From the IMG/VR virus record IMGVR_UViG_3300032218_003168, positions 1-53,754 of that record: a stretch of DNA of 53,754 nt, one strand, 5' to 3'. This DNA comes from a virus (lineage: Duplodnaviria > Caudoviricetes). Made by a program: the position numbers and the translations under genes. This document shows positions 9,499-17,934 of the stretch, piece by piece. The notes below the pieces were generated by a model. The model did no database searches, was not told where the DNA came from, and was given only the letters and a program-made list of their open reading frames with translations. How positions within the stretch are numbered: the stretch's first letter is position 1; every line of letters starts with the position of its first letter.

Positions 9499-10242
9499 TC
9501 ATATATTTATCACAAGTTCTACGTTTGGTGTAAAATTTTTCATTGTATAAATTTTATTTAAAACATTTTCATAATTTCTGCTGTATTGATACTCAATTTT
9601 TGGTCTAAAAGAAACACCATAAATTGAGTTTTTAAACTCTTGGTGATCATCAAATTTTTTCCATTCGTCTTTCATAGCTTTAACTAATTCAGGCGTCCAC
9701 ATAAAAAAATACAAACTAGAATCAATACCAATCAACGCATCATTATAAAAATCCCATTCATTTACACAATCATATCCATGCTCACCTATAACTGCTACAC
9801 CACCATTGTCTACTGCATATTTGGCGGCTATATAAGTTGCAACAGAATTAGGAGCTACACTGTTTATTTTTTTAAATATTTGTTCGTAGAAAACGGTTAG
9901 CATCTCTGCTTCTGTTTTTTTAATAACAATTGGTGTTATGTTATTTCTTTTACAATAATGGAAAGCATAAGAAGATTCTAATTTGTTACCTGGGGTTTCT
10001 ACGATAATAGGAATTGCCGTTTCCTCGAAACAATCCATAACAAATTCAGAGTCCATACCACCACTTAGTGGAACGTATATTTTATTATATGTGTTTACAA
10101 TATCATCACGAGCTTTTAAAGATTCTTTTAAAAATCCTTCGTGTATTACTTCTGAAACATTATATGATACAGAAAAAACAGTAGAAGGATCGGTCAACCT
10201 ATCTCTTATGTTAGTTGTTAACCACTGGTTTTTCGTTGCCAT
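9499..10242 (-). CDS. PP-loop ATP-dependent enzyme, short paralog C
   Basis: IYVPLSGGMDSE PP-loop; FFMWTPEL resembles FFWTPDFP in paralog A. Confidence 0.65.
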   Translation of the reverse strand: MATKNQWLTTNIRDRLTDPSTVFSVSYNVSEVIHEGFLKESLKARDDIVNTYNKIYVPLSGGMDSEFVMDCFEETAIPIIVETPGNKLESSYAFHYCKRNNITPIVIKKTEAEMLTVFYEQIFKKINSVAPNSVATYIAAKYAVDNGGVAVIGEHGYDCVNEWDFYNDALIGIDSSLYFFMWTPELVKAMKDEWKKFDDHQEFKNSIYGVSFRPKIEYQYSRNYENVLNKIYTMKNFTPNVELVINI

Positions 10243-10657
10243 TTAATATATCCCAAATAGGAAAAAATACACCATAATTTTTAGTCGGATTTTCGTGATG
10301 AATTAGATGCCATTTACCGCTTGTTAAGAACGGATATAGATTAATTTTATCGTTATGCTCAACCGCCTCTTGTATATACCCCGCCCAAATATAATAAAAA
10401 ATAGCAACCCACCACTGCCCCGTAATTAATGAAAATAACAGAGTCGGTATTACTTCTGTAAGCCACTGATCAATCGTACTCTCTATACTATCGAAATATA
10501 GAAAACAATTTTTCCAGTTAAGCCCTTCAACAGTTGATTGAGATACTTGCTTATGATGGTCCATATGATACTTACGCATAAAAGGAACTATATGAGCCGC
10601 TCTATGCGTAAAGTATAATAACAATGTCCAACATAAAAATGTAACTACGTAAATCAT
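10211..10657 (-). CDS. Fatty acid hydroxylase/sterol desaturase family membrane di-iron enzyme
   Basis: His boxes HRAAH, HMDHH, EH and HLIHH followed by NYG.F...WD; hydrophobic segments. Confidence 0.85.
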   Translation of the reverse strand: MIYVVTFLCWTLLLYFTHRAAHIVPFMRKYHMDHHKQVSQSTVEGLNWKNCFLYFDSIESTIDQWLTEVIPTLLFSLITGQWWVAIFYYIWAGYIQEAVEHNDKINLYPFLTSGKWHLIHHENPTKNYGVFFPIWDILNGNEKPVVNN

Positions 10658-11694
10658 TCTAAGTAATAAGATTTACTATCGAATGACATAGATCCAGTTA
10701 CTGGACCATATTTTTTAATAGTTTGCAAACCTTCTAAAAACATATTATACATATCACTATTTTGATTTTTTAACATGTACATATCTCTTGAAGATATAGA
10801 AGTTGTAAAAGATTTTTTAGATTTAAATATTAATGGAGTTTTTAAATTATAAATTAATTTAGCTATAACTTTTTCTTTACTACCGAAAAGTAAAGAAAAT
10901 TGACTGTCTTTATTTAAATTTATAATTGATCTGTTAATGATATGATTTTGTTTTGCCATAATTTTAATAGCTATAGGATCTGGATCTGTATAAAAATTAA
11001 CACGTTTAAAATTTTCATTATTATACAAAGAACCATAATCATTAAATGATAAATCAGATATTTTAAAATGTGGTTTTGGATAATTAAAATATTCTGGTTT
11101 ATCAGACCCCATAATATATGCTGTTTGTTTTTTATTATTTTTTCCTACAAATGTTTTTAAATCATGCCACCATAAATGGTGTACACTTTTCCATGCACCT
11201 ATGTATTTTGTCCATTCATTTCCATATTCTCTAATCAACGAAAAATTATTTGGATTATTAAACCATTCTGTATAATCATAATACGATAATTTTGTATTAG
11301 GTAAATTCATATTTTTAAGAGTGTTTTGACAGTTATGATAAACATCACCGTTATGATTTTCATCAGATCCTTTATATGAATCCTGTGAAAATGCGCCAAC
11401 CATAATTAGTTCGTCGATATGAATATTATTATAATAAAAAGTTTCTAATATATTAGTAGAATCGACACCACCCGAATAACATAAAATCAAATATTCGTTT
11501 TCATCACGTATTTTTTGAGCTCTTTCTTTATATAACTGTTCTAAAGGCTCGAGTGGTTCGATTGTCCAATCTACTTGAGAAAATTCTTTATCGTAATAAT
11601 AAAAAAAAATATTTTTACCTTTTTTTTCAGCTGCTACAGCATCTAACTGTGTTGGGTAAATATTTTTTTCATTATCATAATAAAACATATGCAT
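10654..11694 (-). CDS. PP-loop ATP-dependent enzyme, paralog B
   Basis: LILCYSGGVDS, G.DKP and KQ.H motifs shared with paralog A. Confidence 0.7.
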   Translation of the reverse strand: MHMFYYDNEKNIYPTQLDAVAAEKKGKNIFFYYYDKEFSQVDWTIEPLEPLEQLYKERAQKIRDENEYLILCYSGGVDSTNILETFYYNNIHIDELIMVGAFSQDSYKGSDENHNGDVYHNCQNTLKNMNLPNTKLSYYDYTEWFNNPNNFSLIREYGNEWTKYIGAWKSVHHLWWHDLKTFVGKNNKKQTAYIMGSDKPEYFNYPKPHFKISDLSFNDYGSLYNNENFKRVNFYTDPDPIAIKIMAKQNHIINRSIINLNKDSQFSLLFGSKEKVIAKLIYNLKTPLIFKSKKSFTTSISSRDMYMLKNQNSDMYNMFLEGLQTIKKYGPVTGSMSFDSKSYYLE

Positions 11695-11705
11695 TTTAAA
11701 ATACT

Positions 11706-12122
11706 TTAATTTTTAAGACCTTTTAAAAGCTCTTCTATTTCTGATTCTTGAAGTTCTGGAACTATCATAGTAGGAGCAGCTGTTAATTTAATTAAAGTTT
11801 CTTCATTTATAGATTTTGTAACTCCAACAAGAGGAGCTATATGATTAATATCAGTGTTAATGTTTGGGTCTAAAACTGATTCTAGTAATTTTAACCAATT
11901 TAAAGGTGTATTTTTTACTATCAATTTATTTAAATCTTCTCCTTCTTCTGGTGGGACAGAAAGATTAAAAGATACATCTGTACGGCAACGTACAGGTGTT
12001 CCATCTTCTTTACGATTTCCATCAGAAGCTAACATTTCTTCTGTGATATTATCAGTCCAATATCTTGCAACGATAAGATGATCATTTGGCCATAGTTCAA
12101 TGATTTTGTAATGAATGTTCAT
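11706..12122 (-). CDS. Hypothetical protein, translationally coupled to the adhesin (possible chaperone or accessory protein)
   Basis: 138-aa ORF with an ATGA overlap with the upstream gene; no recognisable motif. Confidence 0.55.
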   Translation of the reverse strand: MNIHYKIIELWPNDHLIVARYWTDNITEEMLASDGNRKEDGTPVRCRTDVSFNLSVPPEEGEDLNKLIVKNTPLNWLKLLESVLDPNINTDINHIAPLVGVTKSINEETLIKLTAAPTMIVPELQESEIEELLKGLKN

Positions 12123-13564
12123 GCTACTGGTCCTGTTCTAGTTCCTGTGTTAATGTATGCGGTAATATTAGCATTACCTGTTATCGAATTTCCTTGTGTT
12201 CCTGCAGGTCCAGTAGGACCAGTACTACCAGGTGTTCCAGTAGGTCCTGTTCCTCCAGCTGAACCAGCTGGACCTGTTGGTCCTTGACTGCCTGTCGGAC
12301 CTGTACCACCAGCCGCCCCAGCTGGTCCTGTTGGACCTGTTGGCCCCTGTGATCCACCACCACCGCCCGATCCCCCGTAGCTACCAAATGGGGCATATGG
12401 ATAAGTACTAGCACCTCCTGTAGCGCCACCTGCCTGAAGCGCCCCTCCATCACCACCTCGGCCACTATAAAAAGCACCTTGATATGTACAAATTCTTCCA
12501 GCGCCACCACTGCCGCCATAATAACAACCGCCGCCGCCACCTGGGTTTCCATAACCCCAACCCCATGGCGTCCCATTACCACCTGGTCCACCTGGTCCAT
12601 ACCATCCACCACCACCGCCACCGCCACCTGGTTCGTACGAACATGGTTGTCCTTTTGGTCTTCCATAAAAAGTTGCTTGCCCGCCGCCGCCACCGCCGCC
12701 GCCACCGTATCCACCAGGACCGCCAGGACCACCAGGACCAGCTGCGCCACCTGGACCGCCAGGACCGCCAGGACCACCAGGACCACCAGGACCAGCGCCA
12801 CCACCAGGTCCGCCAGGACCGCCTGAACCACCTGGCCCACCTGGCCCACCTGGCCCACCAGTACCGCCGACTATTGATGTTGTGTTATTAAGATAAAGGA
12901 AAACATTCGAATTAGTGTCTGCTGTAAATGCAGAACCACCGCCATATCCAGTACCACCAGTTCCACCTGCAGTTCCAGGACCACCTGTTCCGCCAGCAGT
13001 ACCAGTGCCACCAGTACCACCTGGACCACCAGTACCACCAGTACCACCAGTAGTTCCATTACCGCCAGTTCCACCAGTACCACCAGTAGTTCCAGGAGAT
13101 CCTCCACCTGCATTCATATTTCCTGGGGGATAGTTTCCACCACTAGCTCCTGTGCCACCAGCGCCTCCACCTCCTCTAGAACCAGTACCGCCAGTAGTAC
13201 CAGTTCCACCTGCAGTTCCAGGAGTACCAGTTCCACCTGCAGTCCCAGTTGCGCCTGTTGTTCCTATAGTTCCAGGAGTTCCAGTAGTTCCTGTAGTACC
13301 AGGAGTTCCAGTAGTTCCTGTAGTACCAGTTCCACCAGTTATAGTATTAGCATTTTGAACATATAACCAGCTACCAGCAGCCCAACCAGTACCTGTTCTA
13401 AAAGCAGGAGTAGTGTTTGAAGTTGCAGTAATAGGGGCATTAATTAAAGCAATAACGTTAACGCCATATGCAGGAGAACCAGCTTGTGTATAAAGATTTA
13501 CATTCTGTGATGAAGAAGTAATATTTACGATTTGAGTTGGTCTTGTGATAAAATTAACAAACAT
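12119..13564 (-). CDS. Glycine-rich, gp38-like receptor-recognition adhesin with four Gly-X-Y runs
   Basis: Layout resembles T2/T6/S16 gp38: beta-strand caps (LYVQNANTITGG, LYLNNTTSIVGG), polyglycine motifs separated by aromatic loops, and C-terminus GNSITG...INTGTRTGPVA. Sits at the end of the fibre cluster. Confidence 0.65.
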   Translation of the reverse strand: MFVNFITRPTQIVNITSSSQNVNLYTQAGSPAYGVNVIALINAPITATSNTTPAFRTGTGWAAGSWLYVQNANTITGGTGTTGTTGTPGTTGTTGTPGTIGTTGATGTAGGTGTPGTAGGTGTTGGTGSRGGGGAGGTGASGGNYPPGNMNAGGGSPGTTGGTGGTGGNGTTGGTGGTGGPGGTGGTGTAGGTGGPGTAGGTGGTGYGGGSAFTADTNSNVFLYLNNTTSIVGGTGGPGGPGGPGGSGGPGGPGGGAGPGGPGGPGGPGGPGGAAGPGGPGGPGGYGGGGGGGGGQATFYGRPKGQPCSYEPGGGGGGGGWYGPGGPGGNGTPWGWGYGNPGGGGGCYYGGSGGAGRICTYQGAFYSGRGGDGGALQAGGATGGASTYPYAPFGSYGGSGGGGGSQGPTGPTGPAGAAGGTGPTGSQGPTGPAGSAGGTGPTGTPGSTGPTGPAGTQGNSITGNANITAYINTGTRTGPVA

Positions 13565-13568
13565 AGCT

Positions 13569-14261
13569 TTACTTTACGTTAGGTAAGAATGAACCGTATA
13601 AGTTAGTTCCGTCAGATACGAAAGAGAAAATATCTCTAGCAGCTGCAGTTGTTGTTAATGGAGGGGCAGTTCCAGCTGGCCATTTGAATACAGCATTCCA
13701 TGTAAGTGTTCTAGAACCAGTACCGTCTTGAATAACATGTAATAGATATGTTGTTACTTTAAGATTCGTTGGGGCTGCAATTGTTCTATTACCACCAAGT
13801 GTAACAGTAGCAATTTGGCCAGCAGATACATCCCATGTAATTGTAGCAGCATCAGTTAGTGTCTGGTTAAGTGTATTAGCTTGAGACGAAACAGTTCCAT
13901 TAAAAGTTACTGTATTAGAAAATGATTGAGTGTTAGTCCATGCAAACTGAGCCGATACGTTAGTTCCAACAGCGCCTGTTGACCCCCAATAAGCATTAGC
14001 AGAAGGACCACCAGAATATAAAATATAGCCAGCTGAACCTGTATTTGTAGCACCATTAACATAAAGTAATCCAACTGATATGGTATTAACTGCTACTGAA
14101 GTAGAATTAATAGCAGCATTAACAGAGCTATTTCCTACAGAAATTGTTCCGTTTACTGCGAATGAAGTTGGCGTTACAACAGCATTAACCGTGCTATTAC
14201 CAACACTAACATAAGTGTTAGCTACAATTCCATTTTTTACTACAAAATCTACTGCTGCCAT
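13569..14261 (-). CDS. Short tail-fibre-related protein
   Basis: N-terminal DFVVKNG. Shares the WTNTQSFSNT module with other fibres and a ~100-aa C-terminal domain with 14304..17915. Confidence 0.65.
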   Translation of the reverse strand: MAAVDFVVKNGIVANTYVSVGNSTVNAVVTPTSFAVNGTISVGNSSVNAAINSTSVAVNTISVGLLYVNGATNTGSAGYILYSGGPSANAYWGSTGAVGTNVSAQFAWTNTQSFSNTVTFNGTVSSQANTLNQTLTDAATITWDVSAGQIATVTLGGNRTIAAPTNLKVTTYLLHVIQDGTGSRTLTWNAVFKWPAGTAPPLTTTAAARDIFSFVSDGTNLYGSFLPNVK

Positions 14262-14289
14262 TTCGGTTCCCTTTCCCCGAGTATATTCT

Positions 14290-14301
14290 TATTTATTTAG
14301 T
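14290..14301 (-). promoter_or_regulatory. Near-consensus late promoter(s) ACTAAATA/AATAAATA
   Basis: CTAAATAAATA in the intergenic gap, about 30 nt upstream of the ATG at 14261. Confidence 0.5.
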
Positions 14302-14303
14302 TG

Positions 14304-17300
14304 TTATTTTACGTTAGGTAGTAACGAACCATACAAATTTGTTCCATCAGAAACGAATGAAAATATATCACGAGCAGAAGCAGTTGTTGTAAGCGTCGGA
14401 GCTACACCAGCTGGCCATTTGAATACAGCATTCCATGTAAGTGTTCTAGAACCAGTAGCGTCTTGTAATACATGTAAGATATATGTTTGAACTTTTAAGT
14501 TTGTTGGAGCAGCCATCGTTCTGTTACCTGCAAGTGTTACAGTAGCGACCTGACCAAGAGAAGTATCCCAGCTGATTGTAACGCCATCAGTAAGGGTTTG
14601 TTGAAGTGTATTAGCTTTGGAAGTGTTTACAGTACCGACAACATCAAGAGTTGCAGCTGGTGATGATGTTCCGATACCTAAGTTTCCGTTAGCAACATGA
14701 TATGCCGCTGTACCTATAGTAAGTGTATTAGCAGTAGTTACAGTTCCAGTAAATGTCGGTGAAGCTAGAAGAGCATAAGATGCAGCTGCTGTACCACCAA
14801 GGTAAGAAGCGTTGTTAGCAGGTAGTAATGCTACTGCAGCTGCCAAGTTAGCAGTGCCTTGATATGAAGCAGCTGCAACTGTTCCCAAATAAGAAGCATT
14901 ATTGGCGGAAATCGTTGCGATATAAGAAGAGTTTACATGAACACCAGTAGCATTAACTACAGTTCCAGTTCCAGCAACAACAAAAATACCACTAGTGTTT
15001 TGTGATAGTCCTGCTGAAGTATTGGCTAGATAACTAGAAGCAATAGTGCCGCCCAAATAAGAAGCGTTATTTGCTGGTAGTAATGCTACTGCAGCTGCCA
15101 AGTTAGCAGTACCTTGGTAGCTAGCTGCTGCGACAGTGCCAAGATAAGAAGCGTTATTGGCGGAAATAGTTGCGATGTATGCAGCGTTTACCGTGATTGT
15201 ATTTGCTGTATTTGTTAAACCAGTACTGAAAGTATAAGAAGCACCAGAAGATACCGTTGACCAATATACGTTACCAGTTCCATTAGAGGTCAATACTTGA
15301 CCAGCTGTACCTTGAACACCTGTAGAGTCAAATAAAGTTGCACCAGATGGTATTGTCAACCCGCCGTTATGAACCGTGCGAACAGAAAAACTCATATTGC
15401 TTGTTATGCTGTTCGCAAATATTGACCAAATTGCTCTTTGGCCATAAGCAGTATTTGTAGAATACATAACAAAATTGTCGTCATTTTGCTGAATGAACGA
15501 AACGTATGTCGAAGTATTTACTGTTTGGAAATTTAAAGATTTAGCATTATTAATATTAAGATTTGCCGCAGAAGTTAATGTACCAGTAATTAACGTATTC
15601 GAAGTTATATAAGTGTTTGTACCACCAATACTGAGGTTAGCACCAGTAAATGAAGCGTTTACAGCTTTCACTGCTGCTGAAGAGTTTACAGTGAAGTAAG
15701 TACCTACGTTGGCTGATGTTGTTACATACAACGTAGCAGTGTTTGTTTGGTTAGTTACGTTAAGTGCAGCTGCTGTTGTTGTTCCTGTAAATGTTGGCGA
15801 AGCTAGAAGTGCATAAGAAGCAGCAGCAGTGCCACCAAGATACAATGAATTATTAGCTGTTGCTGTTGAAGATGTTGAATTGATAGTAACATTAACAGAA
15901 GAATTACCGATAGCTATAACAGTAGAGTTAGCAACAAATCCACCAGTAATGGAACCATAACCACCACCAGTTGTAAATGAAGCAGCATTAACTACGCCAG
16001 TATATGTTGGTAAATATGCTGCGATATTAGCTGATAATGTTGAATTAAGTTGATAAGAAGCAGCAGCAGTGCCACCAAGATATGATGCATTATTTGCCGA
16101 AATAGTTCCAATATAAGTCGCATTAACATGGACACCAGTAGCATTAACTACAGTTCCAGTACCAGCAACAACAAAAATACCACTAGTGTTTTGCGACAAA
16201 CCATAAGAAGTATTGGCTAGATAACTCGATGCGATTGTACCGCCAAGGTAAGAAGCGTTGTTAGCAGGTAGTAATGCTACTGCAGCTGCCAAGTTAGCAG
16301 TGCCTTGGTAGCTAGCTGCTGCGACAGTGCCAAGATAAGAAGCGTTATTAGCAGAAATCGTTGCAATATAAGAAGAGTTTACTGCTAACGTAGTTGCTGC
16401 CGAACCGTCATATGCAGCGCCAACAGCATAATATAAACCAGTTCCGCCTGTCAATGCATAAAGAGCTTTAGAACTAAACTGTACGAAAGTAATAGGATCT
16501 GTACCAATTGTAGTTACAGTTGCGCTTTCAACCCAAGAAGTGCCAGTACCAACCGAACCTTCAGTAACATAAATTAAGTCACCCTTATCGATTTCGTTAT
16601 AACCAGAACCAACATAATCATAATCAGTTGCTCTTGTTAGAACCCAAGCAGAAGATGCGTTTCCTGTATTAGAAACAGTATAGATACCATTCAAAGCAGT
16701 ATTAGTTTGCGCTCTAACAAGAATACGATCTTGATATGCAGCTGTAACTGTATCAACAACAAGAGCTGCAAAAGTTGTAGTTTTTGTAAGAGTTGCACCA
16801 ACACCAGAAGTACCATTATTATATGTAACTGTACCCAAATCTGTATTCGTTACTAAACGAACAGCGGCATGGAAATTAACACCAGTAGCGATAGCATCAG
16901 CATATTGCTTGTTAACAATATCTGTGCTGTTAGTTGCCAAAGTTGTTATTGTACCACCAGTCAATGATACGTTAGCACTATACGTATGTGCACCAGTAAT
17001 TGTATATGTACCTGAGGTGTTTACATATGAAGCAGCTGCAACGCCACCAAGATAAGAAGAGTTATTAGAACTAAGAGTTGCTACGTTTGCTGAAAGAGTG
17101 CTATTTAATTGATAAGACGCTGCAGCTGTACCACCAAGATATGAAGAATTATTAGCAGATAAAAGAGCAACAGCAGATGATAAATTCGCTGTTCCCTGAT
17201 AGTTTGCAGCTGCAACTGTACCGAGGTAAGAAGCGTTGTTGGCTGTAAGAACAGTTGGCAGACCCCAATAATCATTACCAGAACCATCAGTCAATAGCGC

Positions 17301-17915
17301 CTGACCAGCTGTACCCCAAGTACCATTAGCTTGAATGCCAGAACCATTAGCAAGAACTATATCACCAGCAGCGCCGACAACAACTTGCCCACCGACATAT
17401 AAAGTTGATGTATGGTATACGTTAGTACCAGTAAAATTTATGTTACCAGCAAGAGTATAATTTCCAGCTGTATTTACATATGAAGCAGCTGCAACGCCAC
17501 CGAGATTTGTGGCATTGTTAGAAGTTAACGTAGCTACGTTAGAAGACAAACCAGCAGTCGTTTGATATCCAGAAGCAGCAGTGCCTCCAAGGTTTGTAGA
17601 GTTATTTGATGTTCCACTAAAAGCAGTTGAGTTAATTGTTACGTTAACAGAAGAATTACCCACAGCAATAGTTGTAGCGTTTACAACAGCGCCGCCAGTA
17701 GCAGTTCCATAACCAGAACCAGTGCTATATGAAGGAGAGTTAGCACCAACTGTAATTAAATTTGTACCATCTGAAGTATACAAAATTTTATCAGTCATAT
17801 TGAGAGCTAGTTCGCCAGCTGCAATATACTGAGAGTTGGTAGCGTATGAACCTGTCGTATTAGGTGTACGACCAGCAGTTGAAGTGCGTTTTACTTGTAA
17901 TACGTTATTAGCCAT
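14304..17915 (-). CDS. Long tail fibre protein with internal repeats
   Basis: N-terminal LQVKRTS...GELALN..D..LY fibre attachment motif, many NASYLG..AA.Y repeats, DRILV..QT....NGIY.V....W.LTRATD module, GNLGIGTSSP. Confidence 0.85.
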   Translation of the reverse strand: MANNVLQVKRTSTAGRTPNTTGSYATNSQYIAAGELALNMTDKILYTSDGTNLITVGANSPSYSTGSGYGTATGGAVVNATTIAVGNSSVNVTINSTAFSGTSNNSTNLGGTAASGYQTTAGLSSNVATLTSNNATNLGGVAAASYVNTAGNYTLAGNINFTGTNVYHTSTLYVGGQVVVGAAGDIVLANGSGIQANGTWGTAGQALLTDGSGNDYWGLPTVLTANNASYLGTVAAANYQGTANLSSAVALLSANNSSYLGGTAAASYQLNSTLSANVATLSSNNSSYLGGVAAASYVNTSGTYTITGAHTYSANVSLTGGTITTLATNSTDIVNKQYADAIATGVNFHAAVRLVTNTDLGTVTYNNGTSGVGATLTKTTTFAALVVDTVTAAYQDRILVRAQTNTALNGIYTVSNTGNASSAWVLTRATDYDYVGSGYNEIDKGDLIYVTEGSVGTGTSWVESATVTTIGTDPITFVQFSSKALYALTGGTGLYYAVGAAYDGSAATTLAVNSSYIATISANNASYLGTVAAASYQGTANLAAAVALLPANNASYLGGTIASSYLANTSYGLSQNTSGIFVVAGTGTVVNATGVHVNATYIGTISANNASYLGGTAAASYQLNSTLSANIAAYLPTYTGVVNAASFTTGGGYGSITGGFVANSTVIAIGNSSVNVTINSTSSTATANNSLYLGGTAAASYALLASPTFTGTTTAAALNVTNQTNTATLYVTTSANVGTYFTVNSSAAVKAVNASFTGANLSIGGTNTYITSNTLITGTLTSAANLNINNAKSLNFQTVNTSTYVSFIQQNDDNFVMYSTNTAYGQRAIWSIFANSITSNMSFSVRTVHNGGLTIPSGATLFDSTGVQGTAGQVLTSNGTGNVYWSTVSSGASYTFSTGLTNTANTITVNAAYIATISANNASYLGTVAAASYQGTANLAAAVALLPANNASYLGGTIASSYLANTSAGLSQNTSGIFVVAGTGTVVNATGVHVNSSYIATISANNASYLGTVAAASYQGTANLAAAVALLPANNASYLGGTAAASYALLASPTFTGTVTTANTLTIGTAAYHVANGNLGIGTSSPAATLDVVGTVNTSKANTLQQTLTDGVTISWDTSLGQVATVTLAGNRTMAAPTNLKVQTYILHVLQDATGSRTLTWNAVFKWPAGVAPTLTTTASARDIFSFVSDGTNLYGSLLPNVK
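14790..16385. repeat. Intragenic repeats in the long fibre gene
   Basis: Block ~14935-15175 recurs at ~16126-16366 (constant offset 1191), with a third partial copy at ~14790-14935. Core ggtagtaatgctactgcagctgccaagttagcagt at 14821, 15076 and 16267. Confidence 0.9.
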
Positions 17916-17934
17916 GTGGCTCCCTCAATAGCGA

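Larger units (their letters stand above)
13569..14615. repeat. Duplicated fibre C-terminal domain (~13569-13880 and ~14304-14615)
   Basis: 51-bp identical core at 13672-13722 and 14407-14457; flanking differences are mostly synonymous or conservative. Confidence 0.9.

Noticed and set aside
6792-11694. 7-deazaguanine (QueC) or other DNA-modification pathway
   Set aside because: No QueC zinc-binding Cys cluster, and no FolE, QueD, QueE or DpdA-like gene in the window.
12181-13358. Several overlapping alternative-frame ORFs in the glycine-rich gene
   Set aside because: They are shadow ORFs caused by stop-poor GGN/CCN/ACN repeats.
12119-13564. Classical collagen triple helix or antifreeze protein
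   Set aside because: Many triplets are GGX, which is unfavourable for collagen; the gp38-like caps and fibre context fit an adhesin better. Not formally excluded.
13569-14615. Duplicated fibre C-termini as a DGR template/variable repeat pair
   Set aside because: Differences are not adenine-specific and are mostly synonymous, both copies are coding, and there is no reverse transcriptase in the window.
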